A stretch of 64,000 bases of DNA, taken from assembly GCA_023920165.1 (NCBI GenBank), contig CP089280.1, forward strand, positions 558,001-622,000. Reading direction: 5' to 3'. Numbering within the stretch: position 1 is the first letter of the stretch; the number at the start of each line of letters is the position of its first letter. Under the pieces are notes generated by a model, which worked only from the letters and a program-made list of their open reading frames with translations, did no database searches and had not been told where the DNA came from. The DNA comes from Curvularia clavata. Lineage: Eukaryota. Both the position numbers and the translations under genes were made by a program. Positions 24,183 to 36,690 of this stretch are shown here, piece after piece.

Positions 24183-27170
24183 ATGGCAGGCACTCGCACC
24201 AGACTACACAAGACAACTAAGCCAGCCATACCAAGGAGGTCGGCGCGGGGGGCACAGAAAACACAGCCCGAGGATGAGGTGCCGGCCGTGTTCAAGGACA
24301 TGCTGCGCGACGAGGAAGCATCCAAAGCCACCAGCGCCGACGAAGATGGTCCCCCGCCAAAGAAGAGAAAGACGGCGCCAACGCGGAAGAGTCCAAGTCC
24401 TACTGGACCTGCTTCGCCGGGATTATCGCATACGCGAGCGCAGTTCACAGCTGCAGTTCAATCCGCAGAAGATGCACATGAGAATACGAACGGCCGAGTA
24501 CGACAGACCATTATTGACTCAGACGAGTCGGAAGACAGCGACATGGAGTGGGAAGACGCGTTGGCCGACAGTAGCGACACTGATGATGCTGACGAGGGTG
24601 GAAATGCCACGCCGCAGATTGGGAACATATCCATTGCAATAGGCGCCAAAAAGACAGACGACGCTGGTACAAGGAGGAAAGCGCGTCGGCGAGCCATAAC
24701 CTCTGTCGACAAAAAGCGTCGTCTGGATATCCACAAAATGCACGTGCTCTGTTTACTTTACCATGTATACCGCCGAAACGCCTGGTGCAACGACAGAAGA
24801 GCTCAGAGCACCCTATGTAAAATGGTTCCTCCCAAAATTTTATCTAACCTTGTGCCAAACCCCGACTTGACACAATATTCTGCTTCGAAACAATTCATTG
24901 ACGGTATGAATGAAATTAAGATATTTTGGTCGAAGCGATTCAAGATCACTGCCCAGGGCATGTACAAGCCTCGGTGGGCTGAAGTCGACGCTGCCATTCG
25001 ACCCTTTTCTGACTTTGACGAACTTGACGGTCCCATGGATAAGGACGATTTTCGCACTGCGGCACACACATTGCAAGGGTCTCAAGATATTGGGACGCAG
25101 CTTTTCTGCGCCCTCCTTCGCGGGATTGGCGTTGAAACTCGCCTGGTTTGTTCTCTGCAGCCTCTGCCCTTTTCCTCTGCAGCCGAACGCGCAACTCCGC
25201 AAAAGACGAGTGTCCACCAAAATGCCATCGTCATTGACCCATACAACACGCCTGCAGAGCCAAGTCCCACAAAGTCTAGAACACAAGGCCCGCGATCTAA
25301 GAAACTGTCCAGATTAGAACGCATGATGGGTGAACGACATGCAGTCTTGAACCATACTGGGGTGGCCCCTAAAAAGCAGAAGGCATATCACACCCCATAC
25401 CCTGTATATTGGGTCGAAGTCTTGAATCCTGCTTACCAAAAGTGGATACCAATCGACACGCACTCTACATTCACTGTCAACTCACCAGAGAAATTAGAGC
25501 CACCCCTTAGCTTTACTGACAATATTTTAGCTTACGCAGTAGCATTTGAAGATGATCATACAGCAAAAGATGTTACTCGAAGGTATGCTAAAGCATACAA
25601 CGCCAAGACACGGAAATATCGCGTCGAGAGTACTACAGGAGGAGAAAAGTGGTGGCGACGAACCATGAATTTTTTTCGACGTGTGTCTCCTCTCGACAGA
25701 GACCAGATTGAAGATGCTACATTGGCACGCAAGGAGGCTTCTGAAGGCATACCGAAAAATGTCCAAGACTTCAAGGGTCATCCAATTTACGTACTCGAGC
25801 GGCACTTGAAACACAACGAAGTAATATACCCTCTCAACCAGGTCGGGAAGGTCAATTGCGGCACTGCCATGAACCCTAAAATGGAGCCGATCTATCGCCG
25901 CACCAATGTGCACGTGGTCAGAACTGCAGACAAATGGTACCGCATGGGGAGAGACGTGAAGTTTGGCGAGCAGCCGCTCAAGCGTGCGAAACCAAAGAAA
26001 GGACGGAGGTGCTCCATTGGTGCAGATATGGATGTTGAAGAGGAAGTAGACGAGGTTGGGGCTGGACTCTTCGCCGAGTTTCAAACCGAAATCTACGTTC
26101 CTCCTCCTGTTGTCCGAGGTCGAGTTCCACGTAATGTCTACGGTAACCTCGACCTGTACGTCCCATCCATGTGTCCAGCAGGGGGGACACACATTCGACA
26201 CAAGCTTGCATCTAAAGCAGCGCGTATTGTTGGTGTAGACTTTGCAGACGCTGTTACTGGCTTTTCCTTCAAGGGTCGACATGGCACTGCAGTTGTGCAA
26301 GGCGTCGTAGTTGCGCAAGAATATGCGGATGCCGTGCAAAGCGTCATTGATGGCATGATATACCAACAAGAGGAAGCAGAAACTGCAGCGCGCCGGGCCG
26401 AATCACTTCGGTTGTGGAGGCGCTTCTTCCTTGGTCTACGTATTGCACAACGCATCAACGCGATTGAGATTGATGGTGAAAAGGGCCCAGTCATCAATGT
26501 GCAAGACGAGATAACTAGAGAAGATCGTGAGCTGGCTGCCCAAGAAATGGCAGGAGGCTTCTTCCCTGACGAAGGCGATGTCGCCGAGCCCTCAGGCGGC
26601 GGCTACCAACCACCACATGAAGATCATGATGGGGGAGGCTTTATGCCAGACAGCTATGATGCTGGTGACGACGACGACGGTGGTGGTGGATTCATTCCGG
26701 AAGAGGAAGACGCAGCACCTATTGCTCTGAACCGACACCAAAGCTTTGAGAGCTCTATCCTCGACTCACAACAACTTCGACCTCCGCGTAGAAGCAGCTT
26801 CGGCCAAGTTTACTCATCAAAGGATGACGATGAAGGCGGAGGCTGGGTTCATGGCGACTTGGTAGAGGACGTTGAGCCTGCCTTTGCTGCCGAAGATGCC
26901 AAAGCAATATCCGCGCAAGTCGACGGCATTGTGGAAGAGGAGACCCAGTCGTTGAAGCCCAATGAATCTTCTGCTACAGACACTGAACAACAACGCAAGC
27001 CGGAAACCGAGAGAGGTGCGACGCCACCAGAACAGCCTACAGAGGATGTCTCGATGAAATCGCCGCCGGCTCAATTGCCCTCTTCATCGCCCTCGGACAC
27101 GGGGTCGCTGCTGTTGGAGGATCCTGAAGACGAGGATGCTGATCCTGATTGGCTGGTTGATGCTACTTGA
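24183..27170 (+). CDS. RAD4: Rad4/XPC nucleotide-excision-repair damage sensor
   Basis: IHKMHVLCLL, LFCALLRGIG.ETRLVCSLQPL, YWVEV, AKDVTRRYA, DFKGHPIYVLERHL, GRVPRNVYGNLDLY, ADAVTGFSFK, and the centrin-binding-like helix LWRRFFLGLRI. Confidence 0.95.
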   Translation: MAGTRTRLHKTTKPAIPRRSARGAQKTQPEDEVPAVFKDMLRDEEASKATSADEDGPPPKKRKTAPTRKSPSPTGPASPGLSHTRAQFTAAVQSAEDAHENTNGRVRQTIIDSDESEDSDMEWEDALADSSDTDDADEGGNATPQIGNISIAIGAKKTDDAGTRRKARRRAITSVDKKRRLDIHKMHVLCLLYHVYRRNAWCNDRRAQSTLCKMVPPKILSNLVPNPDLTQYSASKQFIDGMNEIKIFWSKRFKITAQGMYKPRWAEVDAAIRPFSDFDELDGPMDKDDFRTAAHTLQGSQDIGTQLFCALLRGIGVETRLVCSLQPLPFSSAAERATPQKTSVHQNAIVIDPYNTPAEPSPTKSRTQGPRSKKLSRLERMMGERHAVLNHTGVAPKKQKAYHTPYPVYWVEVLNPAYQKWIPIDTHSTFTVNSPEKLEPPLSFTDNILAYAVAFEDDHTAKDVTRRYAKAYNAKTRKYRVESTTGGEKWWRRTMNFFRRVSPLDRDQIEDATLARKEASEGIPKNVQDFKGHPIYVLERHLKHNEVIYPLNQVGKVNCGTAMNPKMEPIYRRTNVHVVRTADKWYRMGRDVKFGEQPLKRAKPKKGRRCSIGADMDVEEEVDEVGAGLFAEFQTEIYVPPPVVRGRVPRNVYGNLDLYVPSMCPAGGTHIRHKLASKAARIVGVDFADAVTGFSFKGRHGTAVVQGVVVAQEYADAVQSVIDGMIYQQEEAETAARRAESLRLWRRFFLGLRIAQRINAIEIDGEKGPVINVQDEITREDRELAAQEMAGGFFPDEGDVAEPSGGGYQPPHEDHDGGGFMPDSYDAGDDDDGGGGFIPEEEDAAPIALNRHQSFESSILDSQQLRPPRRSSFGQVYSSKDDDEGGGWVHGDLVEDVEPAFAAEDAKAISAQVDGIVEEETQSLKPNESSATDTEQQRKPETERGATPPEQPTEDVSMKSPPAQLPSSSPSDTGSLLLEDPEDEDADPDWLVDAT

Positions 27171-27633
27171 GTTTTTCTTATACTGAGTACATAAAGAACC
27201 ATATATCGGATATATAGGAGATTTGCATGTCGATGAATATACCATTTGTAGTTGTGATAGTTTACATAGTTTCTCATCATATAACATGATGAAATACAAG
27301 GAGTAGTTTTGTACCGCTTTTCTATTGCGTGAGTGGTACGAAGGTGTTGTGATTACGAGTAGGGTTATAACAATGTAGTTGTTATTGGCTTTTCTGTGTT
27401 ACCAGACGAAGTATTGTATAAACGTTTTTGATCAGGGAACAGTCGAGGGTATAAGGAGAGATGCTGTGTGAGAGTATCGAGTGAACCATAGCCATGTCAT
27501 TGGTTGCAAATATGTGTGCAAAGAGTCTTGTCAAGGCACAGATTTCACTTCAGGGATAGTGCCAAATCTCGTGATCAAGAACCTAATGGAATTATCCATT
27601 ATAAATCTGAATACTCTATATTTTGCCAACCCT

Positions 27634-29174
27634 CTATTTCTTTTCCAACATATCATCCAGACCCTTGATGCCGCCCTCAAAGCCATCGAGATCATATTCC
27701 TTGGGATACCTCTGTAGGATATCTTTCAACTCCTCAGCATGAGCCCTCTGTTCCTCTGTCAGATTTTCCCAGACACCCTCAAACGCATTGCGAATGCTGG
27801 GTTTCTTTTCCTTCTCAGCCTCCTCGAATGCCTTGAGGACCTCTTTTCTTGTGGTGCTTCTCAGCGCCTTTTCCTTGTCCTCGTCCCACAATTGACGTCC
27901 TTCGAGCCACTTTCTTAATCGCGTAATGGGGTTATCGCGGCGTTTCCAGTCTTCGACTTCGACGCGCTGGCGGTAGGCAAATGAGTCGTCCGAGGTGCTG
28001 TGGTGGCCGACACGGTATGCCATCATTTCGATCAAGACGGGTTGGCCACCGTCTTGGAGGGCCAGGCGGCGTGCTTCGGCTGTGGCGCGGCGCACAGCGA
28101 AGATGTCGTTGCCATCTACGCGAAGGGTGGCAATGCCGTATCCTGCACCGCGAGATGCGATTCCGTCTCCCCGGTATTGGTCCGATGTGGGTGTGGAGAT
28201 GGCATAGCCGTTGTTGCGGCAGATGAAGATACAGGGAACTTGGCGGGTCGCGGCAATGTTGAGGGCTGCGTGGAAGTCTCCTTCACTAGCAGCGCCTTCG
28301 CCAAAGTAGCAGACTGCGACTCGTGGCTCTGTGTCTGGATTTTGAATGTTTTGCATCTTCAGCGCGTAGGCTGCACCGGCTGCGTGCGGTATTTGCGTTG
28401 CGAGGGTGGAGCTGATGGTATGTATGTTGAGTTCTTTGCTGCCATAGTGTACAGGCATGTTACGGCCCAAACCGTTGTCTTTGGAGTTTGCAAAAAGCTG
28501 GTTCATGAAGGATGAGAGTGTGAAACCACGTTGAAGGTATACGCCCGACTCGCGGTATTGACAGAAGATGACATCGGATGGGGAGAGAGCACTGGCGGAT
28601 CCGATGGAGATGCCTTCCTCGCCAGCAGAGACCTTGTCAAATCAGTGTGAAGTTCCATGAATATAGGTCTTGAAGTCTTACCATGTAAAATGACAATCTC
28701 CCTTGCCGTTGTGCTTCAAACATGAGAAGATCCATTATGCTCACTGTGACCGGTCAACCAAGCGTCCAAGAGCGGAGAACCATTTACCACTGACGCTTAA
28801 TCATATTCTTGTACAGTGTCAGAGCCTCTTCGTCTGAAGTCTCGACGCCAATTTCCTTGTCTATTATGTCGCCATACTGGTCCATGACGCGGTAAGTGGA
28901 GATCGCCTTGGCCTTGGATGGATGGATAAACTCCATGGTGTTTGTGAACTCGCTGTTCAAGGCACCAGGAAACAGTACTCTATAACGCCTTGTCAGCCTC
29001 CCCGTAATAGCCATTCCGAGACAAAACAGCTCACCTCTCAGCCGTGGGCGTGGAAGCAACACCCCGGCAGGCCTGCCAGGGCGTGTTTGTTGTCCTTGTG
29101 GACGCATTGGGACGGATCTGAGGGCTCAGCAGCCGCTGGAGTTGCAGCCTCCGCGAGGTGTAGCGGAAAGACAT
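27634..29174 (-). CDS. BCKDHA: Branched-chain 2-oxoacid dehydrogenase E1 alpha subunit, mitochondrial, multi-exon
   Basis: Presequence MSFRYTSRRLQLQR, QRQGRLSFYM, GRNMPVHYGS, YFGEGAASEGDFHAALN, RNNGYAISTP, YRVGHHSTSDDS. Confidence 0.93.
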
Positions 29175-29464
29175 TTTTGTATATGCTACATTCTGGGATT
29201 GCGGGGGGAGTGGCTGGATGAAGGTATATCAAGAGTCTGGGGAAGTCCGGGCGGCAAGCGTCGGCGTAAGTGGGAACCAGCGTTACCGCGGCCAAAGCCC
29301 ACGCACGGCATGCCCACTGCCCGTCCGCCGTGCGTGCAAGCTGATGATGCAGGCGGGCGCTAACCAAAAGTCGCTCCCCGGCCTTGGGCGTGTCATAGCG
29401 CATCGACAAAGTTACGTTGCCAAGGCTTTCTTTTGTTCAGCCATTACCACATACAGTGCCAACT

Positions 29465-30517
29465 ATGCATGCCCCCAGACAGCAGATGGGCCGCCAATTG
29501 CTGGCGAGCAGCAAGAGAAGGACAGTAGGAGAGTCGTATAGGTGTTTTTCTTGTTCCATCAGACAAGCCCGCCCGCAGCAGCAGTCGCCGCCACCTCCAC
29601 CGCCAAAGTCTCCGCAAGATGGATCACCGACGACGCACTTTGGCTTTGAGACGATTGCCGAGGCGCTGAAGGAGCAGCGAGGTAGGTCCAATGGCTCATG
29701 ACCGGTTACAAGAAGTCTCATGGCTAACAAGAGACGTCACACAGTCGGCGCAGTCTTCTCCTCAGTCGCATCGTCATACGACTCGATGAACGACTTCATG
29801 TCGCTAGGCATCCACCGACTATGGAAAGACCACTTTGTACGCAACCTGAACCCGGGACGGAACCCGCTCACCACGTCGTCGTCGTCACCCCAAGACCGCG
29901 GCATGAACATCCTTGATATCGCAGGTGGCACAGGCGACATTGCCTTCCGCATGCTGGACCACGCCTCGCACATCAACCACGACGCCCACACGCGCGTCAC
30001 CGTCGCCGACATCAACCCAGACATGCTGGCCGAGGGCAAAAAGCGCTCGCTGCAGACGCCGTATGCGCGCTCCCCGCGCCTCGACTTCATCGAAGCCAAC
30101 GCCGAGAATCTGCACATGATCCCCAGCGAGAGCGTCGACCTGTACACTGTGGCGTTTGGCATTCGCAACTTTACCCACAAGGATGTTGCGCTCAAGGAAG
30201 CATTCCGCGTGCTCAAGCCCGGCGGCGTGTTCGCCTGCCTCGAGTTTAGCAAGGTCCAGAACCCGCTGTTTGATGCCGTCTATCAGCATTGGAGCTTTGG
30301 TGCCATTCCCTTGATTGGCCAGTTGGTTGCGGGCGATAGGGATAGTTATCAGTACTTGGTGGAGAGCATTGCACGTTTCCCGAGCCAAGAGGAGTTTAGC
30401 AATATGATCAAGGACGCGGGCTTCCTGGTGCCTGGAAAGGGTTATGAAGACCTGACTAACGGTATTGCGGCTATCCACAAGGGTGTCAAGCCTGTTGCGG
30501 CTGCAAAGGGAGCGTAG
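29465..30517 (+). CDS. COQ5: 2-methoxy-6-polyprenyl-1,4-benzoquinol methylase (ubiquinone biosynthesis)
   Basis: TTHFGFETI, intron 29682-29744, VFSSVASSYDSMNDFMSLGIHRLWKD, LDIAGGTGDIAF, YTVAFGIRN, YQYLVESIARFP. Confidence 0.95.
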
Positions 30518-31148
30518 ACTATTCTGTACGGATTATGAGCGTTGTACGATTACATGTATACTTTGCGCCCGTTCTCGTAGACACGTTTAGCGCATCATTT
30601 CAACAGACAGCTCTCAGTATTATACCGACATGCAAAATGAGCGGAGTAATGACATATTGATTCATAGGCAGAGATAATATCTTGACCAAGTTATCCCGGC
30701 TGACCAGCTAGGATGATGCCCTTAACCATTCCCAATGTTGACCCCCCAAAAGAAAGAAGAAACTCCGTTCGCCTGCCTTGTGCATCAAAGCGTGTTGTGA
30801 TCTACAAACAATCAACTGTAGTCAGATCCATCCGTCTGGTATATGTAAGAGCTAGATGTCCTTCCCGACAATGCGCAAGATCCATCATGATAAACGCCGG
30901 GTCCATCCAGCCCCAGGCCAAGATGGCCATGTACTCAATCTGAGAAAGGAGAACAGAGAAGAAGGGAAAAGAACAAGAAGAAAAATATACAATATGCGCG
31001 TTGCCTACGGCCTGCTCGACAAGTGAAACACCAGATTGGAAGAAATTATTTGAACACCCAAACCATTAACGCCCATTGAAGCAAAGAGGATGTAGTAATA
31101 TAGTCAAGAAGAACAAGAAGGGATGTGTCTGCATGTGCGCCAAACTTT

Positions 31149-34020
31149 CTAGCGGAAGTATGAGGCACGCTTTCCGGCGCTGCCTGAACTGAGCCTGCCT
31201 CTTGCTTCCTCAAGACTGCGTCGAGAGCCACCGGCTCCGATTTCGCTCATCTGGAATAGCAAGGGTTCGTCGTCGTCTACGTTTGTTGCAGCGCGGCTGT
31301 TGAAGTTGTAGCGGCTCTGCCGCTCGGTCGAGCTGGTGCCACCAGTGCTGACACTAGTGGACGAGCTGTGTGAAAAGAAACCTCCTCGTTCTCGTGGACC
31401 GGCCTGGGTACCGCGCTTGGCGGCAATATTGGATGTTGACGCCGGCCTGGGCAAGTCGTCGCGAGAATCGTTATCGGCATTTTGGTTATCGCGGTTGTTC
31501 GCCAGCATTTCGGTTTGCGCAAACAGCCCACTAGACGTCAGGCCGGCGCTGGTAAGGCGATGCAGATCATTAGCCCGGTCAACTTCCTCCGATGGAAGAC
31601 TGGCCGAACGCACGCCGAACACGTCTGGTTCGTCGTCAGGCAGTGTACGACCCTGTTGAGCTACCGAGCTGGATCTGCGGGTGTAATGCCAGGGCCGTGG
31701 GGATGTGGGAATAGCAATGCCATTGCCACTCTGGTCTTCGCTCTCGCTTTGCTCTTCGACATGAACAGGATCATGGTCGCGTGACCTTGGGCCAGGTCGA
31801 CTACGACTTCGTGTGGGCTGGTCGTATTCAATGATACTATTTGCGCTCAGACGAGAAGGAATAGCTGGTGTATGTGGTGTATGTGGCGAGATTGGCTTGC
31901 CAGGCGATGAAGCCGTTGAAACGGAGGTACCAGCGATCATGGCGGGCACGCTAGACAGATGACGACTTGAAGAGGACGATGAGCGATGGAACATGGTCGA
32001 GGAAGACACGGATTCGGCAAGCCCAGTGTGAGACTCTCTCATGCGCTGGTACTTGGACAACTGGGCCGTGGTTTTGTGCATGGTGGCCGTCTTGGCGGCG
32101 TTGTCGCTGCGAGTAAAACTCTTGAGATCCTTTTTGGACTCGAGGAGTTTAAGGAAATCAGAAATGTTCTCATCGTCTGTCCTGACTTCTCCCGAGCTCC
32201 CGCCGGCACCCTCATTCAGCGTGTCGGAGCCACGTTGTACCGAAGACGATGGACTAGCCTTTCCACTGCTGAGATTGTCGTCTTCTAATTTGCTGCCGCC
32301 TCCAGAGGAGAACTTGCTCCTCCTGTGACCAAAGCTGCTGCTGTAGCGGTTGATGGGTGCGGGCTTTGGTGAGCTGGATGCAGACGAGGTGATGGCGGTC
32401 TCATTGGGCAACGAGGGCGCTCGAAGAGCTGCCTGTGGAAGGGCATTCAGGGAGGTGCGGTTGCGAGGCTGGCTGAGCGGACTCGGGGTAACATTCCGGC
32501 CTAGTGAACTTCCTGGCCTTCCCAGTGAGCTAGTCGGAGAACCAGGGATTGCGTTTCCGAGTGCTGGCGAGGACGACAACGAGCCTGCCTTGAATGGCTG
32601 AAATGAGACCGAGGTTCGACGCTGGTGCAGAGGCGTATCTACAGAGCGTAGAGAGGATTTGGATCCTTGGGCAGTGCGATGATTCGGTGGTAGTTTCTGC
32701 GGCGGTGACTCGGTTGGCGACGACGACGGCATATCTCGAGCAGCGCGGAGAGCTGAGATGGGACTGGTGCCGGTGGGCGGACCAACCTGATGAAATGTCG
32801 AGAGGCTACCGTAGGCTTGGCCAATATCGGGACTCTCTTGGGCGTTCATCTTGTCGACGGGGAGCGAGCCAGGCATCTGGCGAGCCCTTTGCTCAAAATA
32901 GGTGTCGTCTAAGCCCATGAACTGCGAGCTTAAGAGCGACTCGGAGTTTTCCACAGTGAACTCGCAGTTGGCACGATATTCGACCGTCACACTCAAAGGG
33001 CCTACGGGCGAGTTGGTCGGGTCGATGTTCTGGACCTCTGTAATTTCGTCTGCGTGTTGAGAAGGATAGAGGGGCAGACGCAGGGTGTCGACATGGGGAC
33101 TCTTGAAGTCTCCATTGGATATACGGTAGTTGAGCTTGAGCGAAGGGGTGGTGGCTGGCTGTTTGGCAAGAAGCTTATTGTACCTGAAGGCGGGCATGAA
33201 GCGAAGGGATGCGAAGAGCGATCGGAAGGTAACGACGGCTTTTTTGTAAACGTTGGGCAGGGGATCGTTGAGCTCTGATGGCTGGACCAAGCTCTTATCT
33301 CCGACGTGGACTCTCCAGCGCTCAAGGACTACCTGTGTGGGTTTTGAAGCACGACTCGAGAATGCAGAGGCGGCGTCGGCGGAGTTGAGGGCAGCCGCGA
33401 CATCCCATTTCTTTCCGTCGTCGTCTTGTATGGCAAGAGATTGTGTGTGGCCGAGTGCTTGTATGTCGAGGTAGATGTCGATGCAGAGGGATGGGTGCTG
33501 GCCGGCCATGGCGTCCATGACTTTCCAGTCTGTGAGTTGGCGCTGAAGCACGTCGCTGTCGGGTAACACAACGTTGAACTGGGAGCAAGTCAGCGCATGG
33601 ACGGGGTGCTATAGAGGGAATTATGCCGTACCCATTTGTTCTGCTTGAGCTTGCCATCTTTGTTGTATGCTGGAGGCAGCACGACTCGAGAGGATATGAC
33701 GGCGAGGGCAGCTTTTGTGAAGAAGTTCTGGGCAAGTATTGTCAGCGTGCGGCACGGGGCAAGGACCAGAGGATAGGTACCTGAATGACTTGGTTGACCT
33801 TGTGGTAGTGCTTCTGGTCGGAGTGAGCGGGCTGCTCTCCGCCTCTGGACATCATCTCGCCCTCGGACTCGTCGGCGGCGCGATCGGAGTAGGGAGGGGT
33901 TGTCGAGTATGGCGTCATATCCTGAGTGGTATGCCGCTGGTTGTTTGTTCTTGTGGGATTGGTTTGGAGGCTGTTTGCGGGAGAGGCGGTCCGAGGCGAG
34001 GGGCGCGAGTAGGGATGCAT
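31149..34020 (-). CDS. ATG13: Autophagy-related protein 13 (HORMA domain plus Ser-rich disordered tail), two introns
   Basis: MHPYSRPSPRTASP.., KVNQVIQ|NFFTKAA, NKW|FNV, VLERWR, LPNVYKKAVVTFRSL, GPLSVTVEYR, DENISDFLKLL, DDDEPLLFQMSE. Confidence 0.92.
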
Positions 34021-35105
34021 GCCAACAGCCTCGTGCAGGTACGGGAGAGCAGAGAGTGGGTGACTTGAACGAGGCTGGCAGCGGCGAAGGAAAGTAGTTG
34101 GGTAAGACGGTTATCGTTGGGGCGGGAACAGGCGAGCATGAATGGATGTAGCCATCACGAGCGCAGGCGGAGTCAGGTTGGCGGCGGGACAGTCAGAAGA
34201 GGCTCTCAGGAGACTGGAGCACGCGGGGAGGCAGCAAAGGCAGACAGGAGGGCGGACTCAGGCAGCAGCCATGGTATGGAGCGAGGACTAGGCGATGTGG
34301 GACTGGCAGGCGGCGGTGCGAGGGGACGGGTTGAGTTGAATGCCCCAGGACAAGACGAGGCCAACAAGGTGGACCAGGAGCAACAAGACGGATGCGGCGA
34401 GCTGAGGCGGCACGCAGGTGACGGCGATGACGGGTACTGCAGCGGGGGGGGTGGGAGGGAGGGCGTTTTGTCAGGGCAGTGAGAGTCACGCGGCGAAGAT
34501 GGAATGACGAGGGCGCGCGAGATAGCTAGTAGAGAGAGGTACTAAGCTAAGCTCGTCGACTATGGTACGGTAGGTAAAGTGGATAGCCGAGGAGCACGAT
34601 GGGACAGAAGGACACGATAAAGCTACCGGAAGCTGCAGGAAGCTAGAGAGCGACGACGAGATGGGTCGAGGCGAGGCGAGAGGGAGCAGAGTCTGGGGTA
34701 AGAGGATGGATGGGATGCATGACTCTGTGGTGTGCAGCCGTGATGATGGGCGCGCTAATGACGCTCGTGTACAGGTGGGCATGCATGGGGGATGGCGCCG
34801 ATCTCTCATGTCGATATCATATCTCGCCCTCTCTGTGTGATGCTATCTATCTACGATGTGCGTATCAATCACATGGCCATGGATCCATGTGCGGCCTCTT
34901 GGTGTTGCGCAGTCGCCGCACCACGGCCAGCACGCCATCACTCTGGCCGTCTTTCACCATTTTCCACCATTGCGCGCCGCCATGTCTCCATTCCGCAGCC
35001 TCGGTGCCGGTCCTCTGTCGCCTCGCCCTCTGACCGGTCGCACAGAGATTCTCGGCCTGTCTGTGCTGCCCTCGACACGCCCCGTCGCCGGTGAGATGCG
35101 GCGCC

Positions 35106-35230
35106 GCTGCTGCTGCTGCTGCTGTCGTGCCGCTGTGCTATTAGTCCCATCTGCGCTGTGACGAGTCGCTCTGCATACGTACAGTGTGCGTGTGTATGCG
35201 CGGCCAGGCATCCATCCATCCATGCATCCA
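35106..35230. repeat. Microsatellites (GCT)6 and imperfect (CATC)n in the ATG13/BTB intergenic region
   Basis: gctgctgctgctgctgct at ~35106 and catccatccatccatgcatcca at ~35209. Confidence 0.7.
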
Positions 35231-36690
35231 TTCCCTCTTGCTTTTGCTATCGATATGCGTCTTGGCGCTCTTCTCAACAACTACGGTTCGCTCAGCCCAT
35301 GCATGCTCCTACACCCAAGGAACCCAAGGCGTTGAGCACCCACATGGCTGGATTTCGCATTGCTTCTGCTCGACCCTTCCACAAGTGGCTGTAGTGGTGA
35401 CAGTTGTTGGTTGTTTGCTGCCTTCTTAGCTGACAACGATACTTGGAAACCCAACTGTAGCTGCGACCGTTGTTTATCCATCCATGACTATGTCGATAGC
35501 TCGTCTTTGCCGATGCGCTCGATTCCATTTCCCACTTCTGCTGCCTGCTTGTGCCAGAGGGCCATGGCAGGTCAGCCCTAGCCTAGGTACCACACAACCC
35601 AGCAACACCCTGCCAAACTTCACGGTGCCGTTGCTTCTAGCTCCCTTCCCCAAGCTACGGTGCGTGCCAAGTACCCGTCGCCGCACATAGCTGCTTCACC
35701 GCCTGTCGGAGTGGAGCAGAAGCGTGCGCTGTACAAGTATATAATCTCCATGATCTCCGTTCCGCCGCCCCTGTCCTCTCCGGACGCCTGTCTGCTCTCC
35801 CGTCCATGTACAACTTGCAACTATGGACTCATAGCATGTGTATGCCGTCCAACGTCCAAGCATCGGACGGCCCGATGACCCCAAAGTCGTCATCACTGCC
35901 GTAGACGGTCTTTACACACACTCTTCCCTCATGCAACGTCGTCCTCCGAGAGCAGCTTGTGGACGAGAGGCGGCCTCCGATTGGCTGCGTCGCCCACGGC
36001 TTCTGTAGAGACGTGCTGCCATAACGGCGCCCGCCATGCACCACTACCACCACCCAAGTACATGCGCCCGCCTTGCTCCCACAGCTAACTCTTCCTCTTC
36101 TACATCTCTTCACCCATTGCGCTAACGAGCCCAATCCTCGAGCGCATACAGTGTGCCTCATTCTGACTCATCCCCTTCAGCCTGCGCGACACTTCGACTC
36201 ATCATCCCTCTCGTTATCGCCTCGGTGGTTTCGTCATCGACCGCCGTCACTCTAGCACCATCGTACCTTCCCACAACCATTTCGCATCCCCCGCCACTCG
36301 CGCCTTCCCCTTGCTCGTAGCCCACGCACACACCCTCCTACCACTTCTACCCACGCCTCGATCCCCCTATTCGCCACATCCTATCCATCGCCCACCTCGA
36401 CCAGATACCAACAATCACTGTGCGACCACTTGCCACCTTGCCCTTCCCTCCGCGCGCACGCCCATCAACCCCTACCTTTCGTTACACCCCACGCACTCGA
36501 CGGCCCAAACCGCCTCAGAAAAAGCACTTTCGGTCGCACAAACCCGCCGGCTACTTGCGCCCGGCGCCTCTTTCCCCTCGAGCCATCCACAGCTTTACAG
36601 CCAGCACCTTTAAATACGCTTTGACCCAACGAGGTTGAGGCCAGGTGCTACTCGTAAAAGCCTCGGATTGCTCCTTCTTCTTATCGGCAC

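Noticed and set aside
34486..36690. Many short GC-rich ORFs between ATG13 and the BTB gene
   Set aside because: Low-complexity promoter and long 5' UTR sequence with microsatellites; no recognisable domains.
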